A stretch of 64,000 bases of DNA from Carpediemonas membranifera BICM (Eukaryota > Protista > Fornicata). Every line of letters begins with the position of its first letter. Position 1 is the first letter of the stretch. Of this stretch, positions 11,266 through 24,037 are shown one piece after another. The notes under the pieces were generated by a model. That model ran no database searches. It saw only the letters and a program-made list of their open reading frames with translations, and was not told the DNA's origin. The position numbers and the translations under genes were made by a program. The stretch is taken from positions 1,028,272 to 1,092,271 of the forward strand of contig JAHDYR010000053.1 of the NCBI GenBank assembly GCA_019828565.1, written 5' to 3'.

Positions 11266-13777
11266 ATGGTGAACTTCACAATCCCTGAACTCCGCGCTAT
11301 CATGGACCGGCCGGATTACATCCGCAACATGAGTGTTATCGCTCATGTTGATCACGGCAAGTCTACGCTGACCGATTCCCTGATCGGTGCCGCTGGTATC
11401 ATCTCCGCTGCTCGCGCTGGTGAGGCCCGTTACACTGATACCCGTGCTGATGAGCAGGAGCGCTGCATCACCATCAAGTCCACTGGTGTCTCCCTCTACT
11501 ACGAGTGGGCCCCCGAGGAGAAGAGCGAGAAGAAGGGTCACCTTATCAACCTTATCGACTCCCCCCGGTCACGTTGATTTCTCTTCTGAGGTTACTGCCG
11601 CTCTTCGCGTTACCGATGGCGCCCTTGTTGTCGTCGACTCCACTGAGGGTGTCTGCGTCCAGACCGAGACTGTCCTTCGCCAGGCCCTGACCGAGCGTGT
11701 CAAGCCCGTCCTCATGCTCAACAAGATGGACCGTGTGCTCCTCGAGCTTCACCTTTCCCCCGAGGAGGCCTACCAGGCTTTCACTCGCACCATCGAGAAC
11801 GTCAACGTTCTCGTTGCCACCTACCGTGATGAGATCATGGGCGACATCCAGGTCGACCCCATCAAGGGCACCGTCGCCTTCGGTTCCGGCCTCCACGGCT
11901 GGGGCTTCACCCTCTCCAAGTTCTCCCAGATGTACGCCACCAAGTTCGGCATCCAGCCCGAGAAGCTTCAGGCTCGCCTCTGGGGTGACAACTTCTTCGA
12001 CCCCGCCAAGAAGAAGTGGTATAAGAAGAACACCAACTCCGACGGCAAGCCCATCGAGCGTGCCTTCGTCCAGTTCATCCTCAACCCCATCTACCGCCTC
12101 TTCGAGTCCGTCATGGCTGAGGACAAGGAGACCTACACCAAGATGTTCAAGTCTCTTGGCATCAAGACCACCCCCGAGGAGGATGAGATCACCGGCAAGC
12201 CCCTTCTCAAGTCCGTCATGCGTCGTTTCCTCCCCGCCGCCGAGGCTCTTCTTGAGATGATCATCATCCACCTTCCCTCTCCCGTCGCCGCCCAGAAGTA
12301 CCGTGTGAACAACCTCTACACTGGCCCCGCCGACGACGAGGCCGCCCGCGCCATCCGTGAGTGCGACCCCAACGGCCCCCTTATGCTCTACATCAGCAAG
12401 ATGGTTCCCACTTCTGATAAGGGCCGCTTCTACGCTTTCGGCCGTATCTTCTCCGGTACCGTCCGCACTGGCCAGAAGGTCCGTATCATGGGCTCCCTGT
12501 ACCAGCACGGCAAGAAGGAGGATCTTTACAACAAGAACATCCAGCGTACCGTCCTCATGATGGGCCGCTATGTCGAGCCCGTCGAGGATTGCCCCTGCGG
12601 TAACACCATCTGCCTTGTTGGTGTCGATCAGTTCATCCTCAAGACCGCCACTATCACCACCCTCGAGACTGCCTACCCCATGCGTGCCATGAAGTTCTCT
12701 GTCTCCCCTGTCGTGCGTGTCGCCGTTGAGCCCAAGAACGCTGCTGACCTCCCCAAGCTCGTTGAGGGCCTCAAGCGCCTCTCCAAGTCCGACCCCTGCG
12801 TGGTCTGCTCCACCGATTCCAAGTCTGGTGAGCACATCGTTGCTGGTGTTGGTGAGCTTCACCTTGAGATCTGCCTTAAGGATCTCGAGGAGGACCACGC
12901 CGGTATCCCCATCCGCGTCTCTGACCCCGTTGTCAACTACGTCGAGACCATCACCAAGAACTCTGAGAAGCAGATCATGACCAAGTCCCCTAACAAGCAC
13001 AACCGCCTCCACCTCACCGCCGAGCCCCTCTCTGAGGAGTTCTGCCAGGCCTGGGAGAACAAGGAGATCACCGAGAACGACGATGTCAAGCTCCGTGCCC
13101 GCCTCCTGACCGACAAGTACGGCTGGGATAACCAGGATGCCCGCCGTATCTGGTCTTTCTCTGTCTCCGGTGCCAACACCTTCGTCGATACGACCAAGGG
13201 TGTCCAGTACCTTAACGAGATTAAGGACGCCGTTGCCGGCGCCTTCGAGTGGGCCACCAAGGAGGGTGTCCTCGCTGACGAGCCCGTCCGTGGCCTCCGT
13301 GTCAACCTTGAGGATGCCACCCTTCACGCTGATGCCATTCACCGTGGCGCTGGCCAGATCATGCCCACTGCCCGCCGTGGTGTCCTTGGCTGCCAGCTCG
13401 CCTCCGGCCCTGCCTTCATGGAGCCCGTCTTCTCCGTCGAGATCTCCTGCCCTGAGAACGCCATCGGTGGTGTCTACTCTTGCATGAACCGTCGCCGTGG
13501 TATCGTTCTCTCTGAGGAGCAGCGCCCTGGCACTCCCCTGTACCAGGTTAAGGCTTTCCTTCCCGTCGCTGAGTCCTTCGGTTTCTCTGCGGATCTCCGT
13601 TCCCAGACCTCCGGCCAGGCCTTCCCCCAGGCGCAGTTCTCTCACTACGAGGTCATCGCCGGCGGTGACGTTCTCACTGAGGGCACCAAGACCAACCAGC
13701 TCATGCTCGACATCCGCAAGCGCAAGGGCCTCAAGGTTGTCACCCCCGTCCTGGGCGACTACGAGGATCGTCTTTAA
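11266..13777 (+). CDS. EEF2: Elongation factor 2, copy 1 (one +1 frameshift in a C-run at 11561-11566)
   Basis: MVNFT...[38 protein letters not shown] and the diphthamide loop [11 protein letters not shown]. The run is C6 here and C5 in the other copies. Confidence 0.93.
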
Positions 13778-14161
13778 GTGCTAGGAATAAAGGTTGATTT
13801 GCAATGACATTCGAGTCGCTTTTATTGGACACAGAGCTCTGCGCCCAGTCCGTTTCGCCTGTGCGCGGGTTTGAGATACTCGGTCGGCGAGCAGTGCTGG
13901 TGGTTTAGTAGAGGCAGCGCGCATTCCTGGCAGTCGTCCCGTAGTGCTGTGAGCGACCCAGCAATGGCCTCGGGGGTCAAACCGATCTCAGCAAGCAGGC
14001 GGTTTTATCGCAAGAATAATTGGCGTGCGACGACGCCGAGCCAGTGGCAGGGCTCATGCGATGTCGTATCTCGGTCATGGCTGGGATTCAACGGCGTTAT
14101 TTGCCCAGAACCGTAATTTCGACACAATGGTGTCGTCGCAACGGACAGCTCGACGAAAGAG

Positions 14162-16673
14162 ATGGTGAACTTCACAATCCCTGAACTCCGCGCTATCATG
14201 GACCGGCCGGATTACATCCGCAACATGAGTGTTATCGCTCATGTTGATCACGGCAAGTCTACGCTGACCGATTCCCTGATCGGTGCCGCTGGTATCATCT
14301 CCGCTGCTCGCGCTGGTGAGGCCCGTTACACTGATACCCGTGCTGATGAGCAGGAGCGCTGCATCACCATCAAGTCCACTGGTGTCTCCCTCTACTACGA
14401 GTGGGCCCCCGAGGAGAAGAGCGAGAAGAAGGGTCACCTTATCAACCTTATCGACTCCCCCGGTCACGTTGATTTCTCTTCTGAGGTTACTGCCGCTCTT
14501 CGCGTTACCGATGGCGCCCTTGTTGTCGTCGACTCCACTGAGGGTGTCTGCGTCCAGACCGAGACTGTCCTTCGCCAGGCCCTGACCGAGCGTGTCAAGC
14601 CCGTCCTCATGCTCAACAAGATGGACCGTGTGCTCCTCGAGCTTCACCTTTCCCCCGAGGAGGCCTACCAGGCTTTCACTCGCACCATCGAGAACGTCAA
14701 CGTTCTCGTTGCCACCTACCGTGATGAGATCATGGGCGACATCCAGGTCGACCCCATCAAGGGCACCGTCGCCTTCGGTTCCGGCCTCCACGGCTGGGGC
14801 TTCACCCTCTCCAAGTTCTCCCAGATGTACGCCACCAAGTTCGGCATCCAGCCCGAGAAGCTTCAGGCTCGCCTCTGGGGTGACAACTTCTTCGACCCCG
14901 CCAAGAAGAAGTGGTATAAGAAGAACACCAACTCCGACGGCAAGCCCATCGAGCGTGCCTTCGTCCAGTTCATCCTCAACCCCATCTACCGCCTCTTCGG
15001 AGTCCGTCATGGCTGAGGACAAGGAGACCTACACCAAGATGTTCAAGTCTCTTGGCATCAAGACCACCCCCGAGGAGGATGAGATCACCGGCAAGCCCCT
15101 TCTCAAGTCCGTCATGCGTCGTTTCCTCCCCGCCGCCGAGGCTCTTCTTGAGATGATCATCATCCACCTTCCCTCTCCCGTCGCCGCCCAGAAGTACCGT
15201 GTGAACAACCTCTACACTGGCCCCGCCGACGACGAGGCCGCCCGCGCCATCCGTGAGTGCGACCCCAACGGCCCCCTTATGCTCTACATCAGCAAGATGG
15301 TTCCCACTTCTGATAAGGGCCGCTTCTACGCTTTCGGCCGTATCTTCTCCGGTACCGTCCGCACTGGCCAGAAGGTCCGTATCATGGGCTCCCTGTACCA
15401 GCACGGCAAGAAGGAGGATCTTTACAACAAGAACATCCAGCGTACCGTCCTCATGATGGGCCGCTATGTCGAGCCCGTCGAGGATTGCCCCTGCGGTAAC
15501 ACCATCTGCCTTGTTGGTGTCGATCAGTTCATCCTCAAGACCGCCACTATCACCACCCTCGAGACTGCCTACCCCATGCGTGCCATGAAGTTCTCTGTCT
15601 CCCCTGTCGTGCGTGTCGCCGTTGAGCCCAAGAACGCTGCTGACCTCCCCAAGCTCGTTGAGGGCCTCAAGCGCCTCTCCAAGTCCGACCCCTGCGTGGT
15701 CTGCTCCACCGATTCCAAGTCTGGTGAGCACATCGTTGCTGGTGTTGGTGAGCTTCACCTTGAGATCTGCCTTAAGGATCTCGAGGAGGACCACGCCGGT
15801 ATCCCCATCCGCGTCTCTGACCCCGTTGTCAACTACGTCGAGACCATCACCAAGAACTCTGAGAAGCAGATCATGACCAAGTCCCCTAACAAGCACAACC
15901 GCCTCCACCTCACCGCCGAGCCCCTCTCTGAGGAGTTCTGCCAGGCCTGGGAGAACAAGGAGATCACCGAGAACGACGATGTCAAGCTCCGTGCCCGCCT
16001 CCTGACCGACAAGTACGGCTGGGATAACCAGGATGCCCGCCGTATCTGGTCTTTCTCTGTCTCCGGTGCCAACACCTTCGTCGATACGACCAAGGGTGTC
16101 CAGTACCTTAACGAGATTAAGGACGCCGTTGCCGGCGCCTTCGAGTGGGCCACCAAGGAGGGTGTCCTCGCTGACGAGCCCGTCCGTGGCCTCCGTGTCA
16201 ACCTTGAGGATGCCACCCTTCACGCTGATGCCATTCACCGTGGCGCTGGCCAGATCATGCCCACTGCCCGCCGTGGTGTCCTTGGCTGCCAGCTCGCCTC
16301 CGGCCCTGCCTTCATGGAGCCCGTCTTCTCCGTCGAGATCTCCTGCCCTGAGAACGCCATCGGTGGTGTCTACTCTTGCATGAACCGTCGCCGTGGTATC
16401 GTTCTCTCTGAGGAGCAGCGCCCTGGCACTCCCCTGTACCAGGTTAAGGCTTTCCTTCCCGTCGCTGAGTCCTTCGGTTTCTCTGCGGATCTCCGTTCCC
16501 AGACCTCCGGCCAGGCCTTCCCCCAGGCGCAGTTCTCTCACTACGAGGTCATCGCCGGCGGTGACGTTCTCACTGAGGGCACCAAGACCAACCAGCTCAT
16601 GCTCGACATCCGCAAGCGCAAGGGCCTCAAGGTTGTCACCCCCGTCCTGGGCGACTACGAGGATCGTCTTTAA
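14162..16673 (+). CDS. EEF2: Elongation factor 2, copy 2 (+1 G frameshift at about 15000)
   Basis: Near-identical to copy 1. TTCGGAG here versus TTCGAG in copy 1 splits it into ORFs 14162-15016 and 14592-16673. Confidence 0.92.
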
Positions 16674-17297
16674 GTGCTAGGAATAAAGGTTGATTTGCAA
16701 TGACATTCGAGTCGCTTTTATTGGACACAGAGCTCTGCGCCCAGTCCGTTTCGCCTGTGCGCGGGTTTGAGATACTCGGTCGGCGAGCAGTGCTGGTGGT
16801 TTAGTAGAGGCAGCGCGCATTCCTGGCAGTCGTCCCGTAGTGCTGTGAGCGACCCAGCAATGGCCTCGGGGGTCAAACCGATCTCAGCAAGCAGGCGGTT
16901 TTATCGCAAGAATAATTGGCGTGCGACGACGCCGAGCCAGTGGCAGGGCTCATGCGATGTCGTGTCTTAAAAAATACACAAGAATGAAGTTAGATGAGCG
17001 TGCTACACGAGGCCGCTGGGGTTGTCAGAATCTGTGATAATGGGGCAGGGTGAATCTCTCGGCTGGGCCAAAGCTCCACAGAGGAGACAATATGCCTGGT
17101 TCGGGCAAGCTCAAATGCTTCTGATGGGTGGCTCGCGCAGAATACAGCGCGTCACCATGCGCCACGCGCCACTGCAACGACTCGACCGGAGTCGTTTTCA
17201 ATTTCCTTCCGCTGCTTCTTCCAGGAAGAGGCGTAGCCCACGGAGCAACCGATAACTATTACTCCCTTGATGCGCCGAGGTCGCCGGCCGGACTGGA

Positions 17298-17411
17298 GAA
17301 CTTGTCCGCGATGCTGTCACTTACACTGAGCACGCCCGCAAGACCGTCACCTCCAGGGACGTCGTCTACGCTCTCAAGCGCCAGGGTCGCATGCTCTATG
17401 GCTTCGCTTAA
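17298..17411 (+). pseudogene. Histone H4 C-terminal fragment
   Basis: Translates to [37 protein letters not shown], matching H4 (..[37 protein letters not shown]) with one codon missing. No H4 N-terminal half is recognisable upstream. Not in the ORF track. Confidence 0.85.
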
Positions 17412-17433
17412 TTGCAATCAAACAACCAAAAAC

Positions 17434-17449
17434 GGTGTCATCTGACACC
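17434..17449 (+). promoter_or_regulatory. Histone-type 3' stem-loop candidate
   Basis: GGTGTC-ATCT-GACACC (6-bp stem, 4-nt loop), 22 nt after the H4 stop, preceded by CCAAAAAC and followed by AAA. Confidence 0.55.
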
Positions 17450-17638
17450 AAATCTAATCAAAATCAGTTTCTCACCAGGCGGGAAGGAAGTTCGTGTTAT
17501 ACCGATCGCAATTGTAAAGAATCGACGTTGGACATTAGACTTTTATCTCGATGTGGGCTCCCTCACCAGGCTCTGCCAGAAAGTACTGCCGACGGAGGCT
17601 CGACATGCTGAGTGCAAGGCGTGTCACACCTACTACCG

Positions 17639-18172
17639 TCACCCCTTGCTGACGTACTGCCGCATTGTCGTCTGCCCGGTCGGCTTTGTCACCAAGTAAT
17701 CGGCCACGTCCAGGGGCTTCTTCTGGGCCATGCAGTCGAGCAGCCACTGCGGGTTGACGATGGGCGGTGGGTGCATCACCTTGTTGATCTTATCGGCTCT
17801 TCCAAGCCCGACGTTGGACGCTATTATGTGTGTCACGGTGCCACAAAGGCCGAGGCTGATCTTGCCGCCGTTGGCTCGAATCATGCGATGGAGCGCGATG
17901 TTCGAAATGTTCTTGCCCTTCGGCGAAATCTTCCCAAGGATAAAGAACGTCATTCCACCGAAAATATCGCTGTCTCTCGTCGCTGGTGCGAGCTTTTTCT
18001 CTCTGTATTCCCAATACTTGCGAGATGAGGCCATACCACGCCGAGGACCAGTATTACTAGGGCCATGTACTCTGTTGTGATCACTCATATCGTTAGAAGC
18101 GCTGGAAGCCTGCGGTCCGGCGCTTTTTGTTCCCTTCTCAAGTTCGCATTTACGGACGTTCTGCTGATACAT
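17639..18172 (-). CDS. Small stand-alone BRCT-domain protein (Rev1-N-terminus-like); start may be a downstream ATG
   Basis: IFGGMTFFILG...LHRMIRANGG...VTHIIASN...IVNPQWLLDC...DY fits the BRCT consensus. Confidence 0.8.
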   Translation of the reverse strand: MYQQNVRKCELEKGTKSAGPQASSASNDMSDHNRVHGPSNTGPRRGMASSRKYWEYREKKLAPATRDSDIFGGMTFFILGKISPKGKNISNIALHRMIRANGGKISLGLCGTVTHIIASNVGLGRADKINKVMHPPPIVNPQWLLDCMAQKKPLDVADYLVTKPTGQTTMRQYVSKG

Positions 18173-18479
18173 GTCGTCATGTATATTATAGTAGTTGTCT
18201 TATGTCCATTCAGCTTATATAATCTTCCAGTATGTCACCTCTCCACGCTCCTTGGCCCGACCGAGCAAGCCGCACATGAATCCAACAATGCGAGGCTTAG
18301 AATACCATGCTTCAGACCGGAGGCGCTGAAATAATGCCAGCTCCGCTTGACTGCGTCGCTCCCATAGTGAATCGGCTGTGTACGGCCATCCTACTGACAG
18401 TCACTCAAAACGAGAAAACCGACGCTCGCAATAGCCCAAGCATAAGAGTAGAAATATTGTAATTTTTACCTGCTAGCAC

Positions 18480-20991
18480 TTAAAGACGATCCTCGTAGTC
18501 GCCCAGGACGGGGGTGACAACCTTGAGGCCCTTGCGCTTGCGGATGTCGAGCATGAGCTGGTTGGTCTTGGTGCCCTCAGTGAGAACGTCACCGCCGGCG
18601 ATGACCTCGTAGTGAGAGAACTGCGCCTGGGGGAAGGCCTGGCCGGAGGTCTGGGAACGGAGATCCGCAGAGAAACCGAAGGACTCAGCGACGGGAAGGA
18701 AAGCCTTAACCTGGTACAGGGGAGTGCCAGGGCGCTGCTCCTCAGAGAGAACGATACCACGGCGACGGTTCATGCAAGAGTAGACACCACCGATGGCGTT
18801 CTCAGGGCAGGAGATCTCGACGGAGAAGACGGGCTCCATGAAGGCAGGGCCGGAGGCGAGCTGGCAGCCAAGGACACCACGGCGGGCAGTGGGCATGATC
18901 TGGCCAGCGCCACGGTGAATGGCATCAGCGTGAAGGGTGGCATCCTCAAGGTTGACACGGAGGCCACGGACGGGCTCGTCAGCGAGGACACCCTCCTTGG
19001 TGGCCCACTCGAAGGCGCCGGCAACGGCGTCCTTAATCTCGTTAAGGTACTGGACACCCTTGGTCGTATCGACGAAGGTGTTGGCACCGGAGACAGAGAA
19101 AGACCAGATACGGCGGGCATCCTGGTTATCCCAGCCGTACTTGTCGGTCAGGAGGCGGGCACGGAGCTTGACATCGTCGTTCTCGGTGATCTCCTTGTTC
19201 TCCCAGGCCTGGCAGAACTCCTCAGAGAGGGGCTCGGCGGTGAGGTGGAGGCGGTTGTGCTTGTTAGGGGACTTGGTCATGATCTGCTTCTCAGAGTTCT
19301 TGGTGATGGTCTCGACGTAGTTGACAACGGGGTCAGAGACGCGGATGGGGATACCGGCGTGGTCCTCCTCGAGATCCTTAAGGCAGATCTCAAGGTGAAG
19401 CTCACCAACACCAGCAACGATGTGCTCACCAGACTTGGAATCGGTGGAGCAGACCACGCAGGGGTCGGACTTGGAGAGGCGCTTGAGGCCCTCAACGAGC
19501 TTGGGGAGGTCAGCAGCGTTCTTGGGCTCAACGGCGACACGCACGACAGGGGAGACAGAGAACTTCATGGCACGCATGGGGTAGGCAGTCTCGAGGGTGG
19601 TGATAGTGGCGGTCTTGAGGATGAACTGATCGACACCAACAAGGCAGATGGTGTTACCGCAGGGGCAATCCTCGACGGGCTCGACATAGCGGCCCATCAT
19701 GAGGACGGTACGCTGGATGTTCTTGTTGTAAAGATCCTCCTTCTTGCCGTGCTGGTACAGGGAGCCCATGATACGGACCTTCTGGCCAGTGCGGACGGTA
19801 CCGGAGAAGATACGGCCGAAAGCGTAGAAGCGGCCCTTATCAGAAGTGGGAACCATCTTGCTGATGTAGAGCATAAGGGGGCCGTTGGGGTCGCACTCAC
19901 GGATGGCGCGGGCGGCCTCGTCGTCGGCGGGGCCAGTGTAGAGGTTGTTCACACGGTACTTCTGGGCGGCGACGGGAGAGGGAAGGTGGATGATGATCAT
20001 CTCAAGAAGAGCCTCGGCGGCGGGGAGGAAACGACGCATGACGGACTTGAGAAGGGGCTTGCCGGTGATCTCATCCTCCTCGGGGGTGGTCTTGATGCCA
20101 AGAGACTTGAACATCTTGGTGTAGGTCTCCTTGTCCTCAGCCATGACGGACTCCGAAGAGGCGGTAGATGGGGTTGAGGATGAACTGGACGAAGGCACGC
20201 TCGATGGGCTTGCCGTCGGAGTTGGTGTTCTTCTTATACCACTTCTTCTTGGCGGGGTCGAAGAAGTTGTCACCCCAGAGGCGAGCCTGAAGCTTCTCGG
20301 GCTGGATGCCGAACTTGGTGGCGTACATCTGGGAGAACTTGGAGAGGGTGAAGCCCCAGCCGTGGAGGCCGGAACCGAAGGCGACGGTGCCCTTGATGGG
20401 GTCGACCTGGATGTCGCCCATGATCTCATCACGGTAGGTGGCAACGAGAACGTTGACGTTCTCGATGGTGCGAGTGAAAGCCTGGTAGGCCTCCTCGGGG
20501 GAAAGGTGAAGCTCGAGGAGCACACGGTCCATCTTGTTGAGCATGAGGACGGGCTTGACACGCTCGGTCAGGGCCTGGCGAAGGACAGTCTCGGTCTGGA
20601 CGCAGACACCCTCAGTGGAGTCGACGACAACAAGGGCGCCATCGGTAACGCGAAGAGCGGCAGTAACCTCAGAAGAGAAATCAACGTGACCGGGGGAGTC
20701 GATAAGGTTGATAAGGTGACCCTTCTTCTCGCTCTTCTCCTCGGGGGCCCACTCGTAGTAGAGGGAGACACCAGTGGACTTGATGGTGATGCAGCGCTCC
20801 TGCTCATCAGCACGGGTATCAGTGTAACGGGCCTCACCAGCGCGAGCAGCGGAGATGATACCAGCGGCACCGATCAGGGAATCGGTCAGCGTAGACTTGC
20901 CGTGATCAACATGAGCGATAACACTCATGTTGCGGATGTAATCCGGCCGGTCCATGATAGCGCGGAGTTCAGGGATTGTGAAGTTCACCAT
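18480..20991 (-). CDS. EEF2: Elongation factor 2, copy 3, inverted (same +1 G frameshift as copy 2, about 20154)
   Basis: Reverse complement of copy 2, including about 270 bp of upstream sequence (identity spans about 18473-21264). Confidence 0.92.
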
Positions 20992-21582
20992 CTCTTTCGT
21001 CGAGCTGTCCGTTGCGACGACACCATTGTGTCGAAATTACGGTTCTGGGCAAATAGCGCCGTTGAATCCCAGCCATGACCGAGATACGACATCGCATGAG
21101 CCCTGCCACTGGCTCGGCGTCGTCGCACGCCAATTATTCTTGCGATAAAACCGCCTGCTTGCTGAGATCGGTTTGACCCCCGAGGCCATTGCTGGGTCGC
21201 TCACAGCACTACGGGACGACTGCCAGGAATGCGCGCTGCCTCTACTAAACCACCAGCACTGCTCAGATATTGGTCATCGCGACAGACGAACCTCTCGGGA
21301 GACCCTCCATCGGTATATAACATAAGAGGTTCATGAGCGATGACCCTGCCTTCTCCAGCAAACAGGGTGACGGGTTTCCAGGTGTTCTCGGCCTCCACTG
21401 GTTCACGACACAAAGAAGCTGCCCTCGTTCTTACCTTCGTCCCTTGACCCAGACTGCTCTCACAATCGAAGAACTAGGACAAATGTGTCTGTACCATGCC
21501 AGCTGGTGTCATAGTTACACACGTATACCGTAAATGAAAATTCACGACGACGAAAAGCCATTCGGGAGGCCCAAACTTAACA

Positions 21583-23220
21583 ATGGCCGATATTACGCTT
21601 GTTTATACTAATATACGGCGGACGTTTGGCTCATACTGTTCATTTGAGACTGCTAGCAGTACTATTTGCGACATCAAGCCAGACCCATCGCTAGAAGCCA
21701 ATTGGACGGAGCGTATGATTGTCCACCGCGGAAATCAGAGCGCAGCTCCAATGTCGGAGCACTCTGTGAACACAGAGCGCGTCAGCCTGAAGAACAGTGG
21801 CATGCTACACGAGGAAGGTGGGTGGCCGAAAGAAATCGACTATCAGGAGGCAGAAGCCACCAGCCGCTACCGCAAGCGTGTCCAGAAGTCCAAGGGTTTC
21901 GTGGAGGCTCTCAAGTCTAACTCCGACACTGTTGAGGCGCTCCTTAAGCAGAACCTCGCCCTTGACGTGACCAAGCGCTTCCTGGAGCCCAGTCAGGCCG
22001 ACTCCAGCGTCTCTGCCCTTAAGACCCTCACTGTGATCCGTGACCCCGAGGGCAGCCGTTGGGCGGGGCACGTGTCGTGGTCGAGCGACGGCGGAGCTCG
22101 GGTAGCCGTGGCATACAACGTCATGGACTTCCAGCACGGGCCCCGGCCCATACCAAGCTACGTGTGGAATGTGGACAACCCCACTGTCCCTGCCAACCAG
22201 CTGCACCCGCCGTCACCCCTTACCGTCCTCGAGTACCTCCAGAAGGACACTCACGTCCTCGTTGGCGGTCTCTACAGCGGCGCGGTATGCACCTTCGACA
22301 CCCGCACAGGCCCCCGTCCCAAGGAGGTCTCCCCCGTCGAGGCCTCGCACCACGGGCCCGTCCGGGCGCTGAAGTGGGTCAAGTCCAAGTCGGGCATGGA
22401 GTGCGCCACCACCTCCACTGACGGCCGGGTGCTATGGTGGGACATCCGTAAGCTCGGCCAGCCCATCGACAGCATGGTGATCCAGCCCGAGGGCATGGAT
22501 CGGCTCGGTGGGACGGCGCTGGACTACGATCCGGCGGCCGGCCTGACCAAGTTCCTGCTCGGAACGGATAACGGGGCCATCATTAACTGCAACAAGAAGG
22601 GCAAGACCGATGCTGAGCGGGCTGGATCTTTGTACCAGAACCACTTCTCACAGGTGCTGGGGCTTGCCCGGTCACCCTTCTACTCCAAGTACTTCGCCTC
22701 TGTGGGCGACTGGAAGCTTCGGCTGTGGCAGGACGACGTCAAGGAGAGCATCATGTGCTCGACCTATTCTGATGCCCAGCTTACCTGCGCCACCTGGTCC
22801 CCGACCCGTCCTGGTGTGCTCATGGTCGGCCGGCTGGACGGGTATCTGGACATCTGGGACATGTACTACCGTGTTGACTCCCCCACCCTCTCCTCCAGAG
22901 TCAGTGAGTCGGCCGTCTGCTCCCTGGCCGCACACCGACTGGGCGATCGTCTGGCTGTCGGGTGCAGGGATGGCAGCGTCTCGATCATTCAACTCAGCGA
23001 CGGGCTCGTGCAGCCACAGCCGAATGAGAAGCAGAGCGTCCAAAGTTTACTGGAGCGTGAGGGGAAGCGGGAGAAGAACCTCGACATGCGCCACAAGGAG
23101 ATGCGGCTCAAGGCCAAGAAGGCACGTGCATCCAGGGTGGTGGCGGATGAAGCCATCGACAACGAGCAGCTGCGGGCAATTGAGGACGAGTTCTTCGCGC
23201 TGATCAAGCAGCGCACATAA
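21583..23220 (+). CDS. DNAI2: Axonemal outer-arm dynein intermediate chain 2 (IC69/ODA6), WD40
   Basis: SEHSVNTER..GMLHEEGGWPKEI N-terminal signature, WD40 repeats (STDGRVLWWDIRKL, WSPTRPGV) and a C-terminal ERE..REKNL coil. Confidence 0.9.
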   Translation: MADITLVYTNIRRTFGSYCSFETASSTICDIKPDPSLEANWTERMIVHRGNQSAAPMSEHSVNTERVSLKNSGMLHEEGGWPKEIDYQEAEATSRYRKRVQKSKGFVEALKSNSDTVEALLKQNLALDVTKRFLEPSQADSSVSALKTLTVIRDPEGSRWAGHVSWSSDGGARVAVAYNVMDFQHGPRPIPSYVWNVDNPTVPANQLHPPSPLTVLEYLQKDTHVLVGGLYSGAVCTFDTRTGPRPKEVSPVEASHHGPVRALKWVKSKSGMECATTSTDGRVLWWDIRKLGQPIDSMVIQPEGMDRLGGTALDYDPAAGLTKFLLGTDNGAIINCNKKGKTDAERAGSLYQNHFSQVLGLARSPFYSKYFASVGDWKLRLWQDDVKESIMCSTYSDAQLTCATWSPTRPGVLMVGRLDGYLDIWDMYYRVDSPTLSSRVSESAVCSLAAHRLGDRLAVGCRDGSVSIIQLSDGLVQPQPNEKQSVQSLLEREGKREKNLDMRHKEMRLKAKKARASRVVADEAIDNEQLRAIEDEFFALIKQRT

Positions 23221-24037
23221 GGTAAATGTATATCTACTGCCTGGCAGCGACAGGAACCATGGCCGCCAGTAAACTGTGAGATTTGGGGTGAATCGCGAAG
23301 TCGAATCACGGAGTCGGTGCCAAGCATGAGGTCCAGGGAACGGATTTACTAGGGCTGTGTGTGGAGGGCCGAGTGATGATGTGAGTCAGTGATCGGAGTC
23401 GCTCGAGTCGTGCGCGATTGGCCCTGTCCGATTCACGTAGCTAGCTTTCTAAGCTGGCCCAATCTCGTCTGCACTCGTGCTTTGCATGTGGATCTCCCAT
23501 CAATATGGTCGTAGATCCGAGAGGAGTGGATCGTACGCAGTTCATCATGCCAGCGACACTTTTAGTGTTTCGTGTTTCCTGGCTGCCCACTTCTTCGGTG
23601 GGACGCTGGTTGGGATCTGGGAATCAATCGGTCCTCTTTGGTGAGAAAGGAGGATTCTCGCTCCGAACAGGAGCTGAGCCTCTACGCCAGGCTCCGAGCG
23701 TGGGACGCTCGTGAGAGCACCGTCGTGAGAGTGGTCACTGGTATCTCAGCGGGTTATCTTCAACTACAAATCCAACACCGCTCCTGCACCCAGCGCATGG
23801 GTCAGCCGCCTGACAAGCGTGTCACAATAGGGCAGATAGCGTCGAGCACCGTCCGAGCAGCATTCGCACACCGAACACGAAGGCAGGGCGGTCGGCACCA
23901 CTTGACTCCTGCTGTCAAGCGGGATCCCTGCGATCCCCGGGTGCTCGATCTCCCGCGCCAGTAAATCCTTCCCTCGGACCGAATCGCAGGCTAACCGAAC
24001 CTGGGAGCCGCGTGATGTTGACCGTTCGCGACTGACG

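Larger units (their letters stand above)
11220..16963 (+). repeat. Direct tandem duplication of eEF2 plus its 3' flank, unit about 2896 bp
   Basis: ATG-to-ATG distance is 2896 bp. The 3' flank 13778-14067 is repeated at 16674-16963. Confidence 0.92.
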
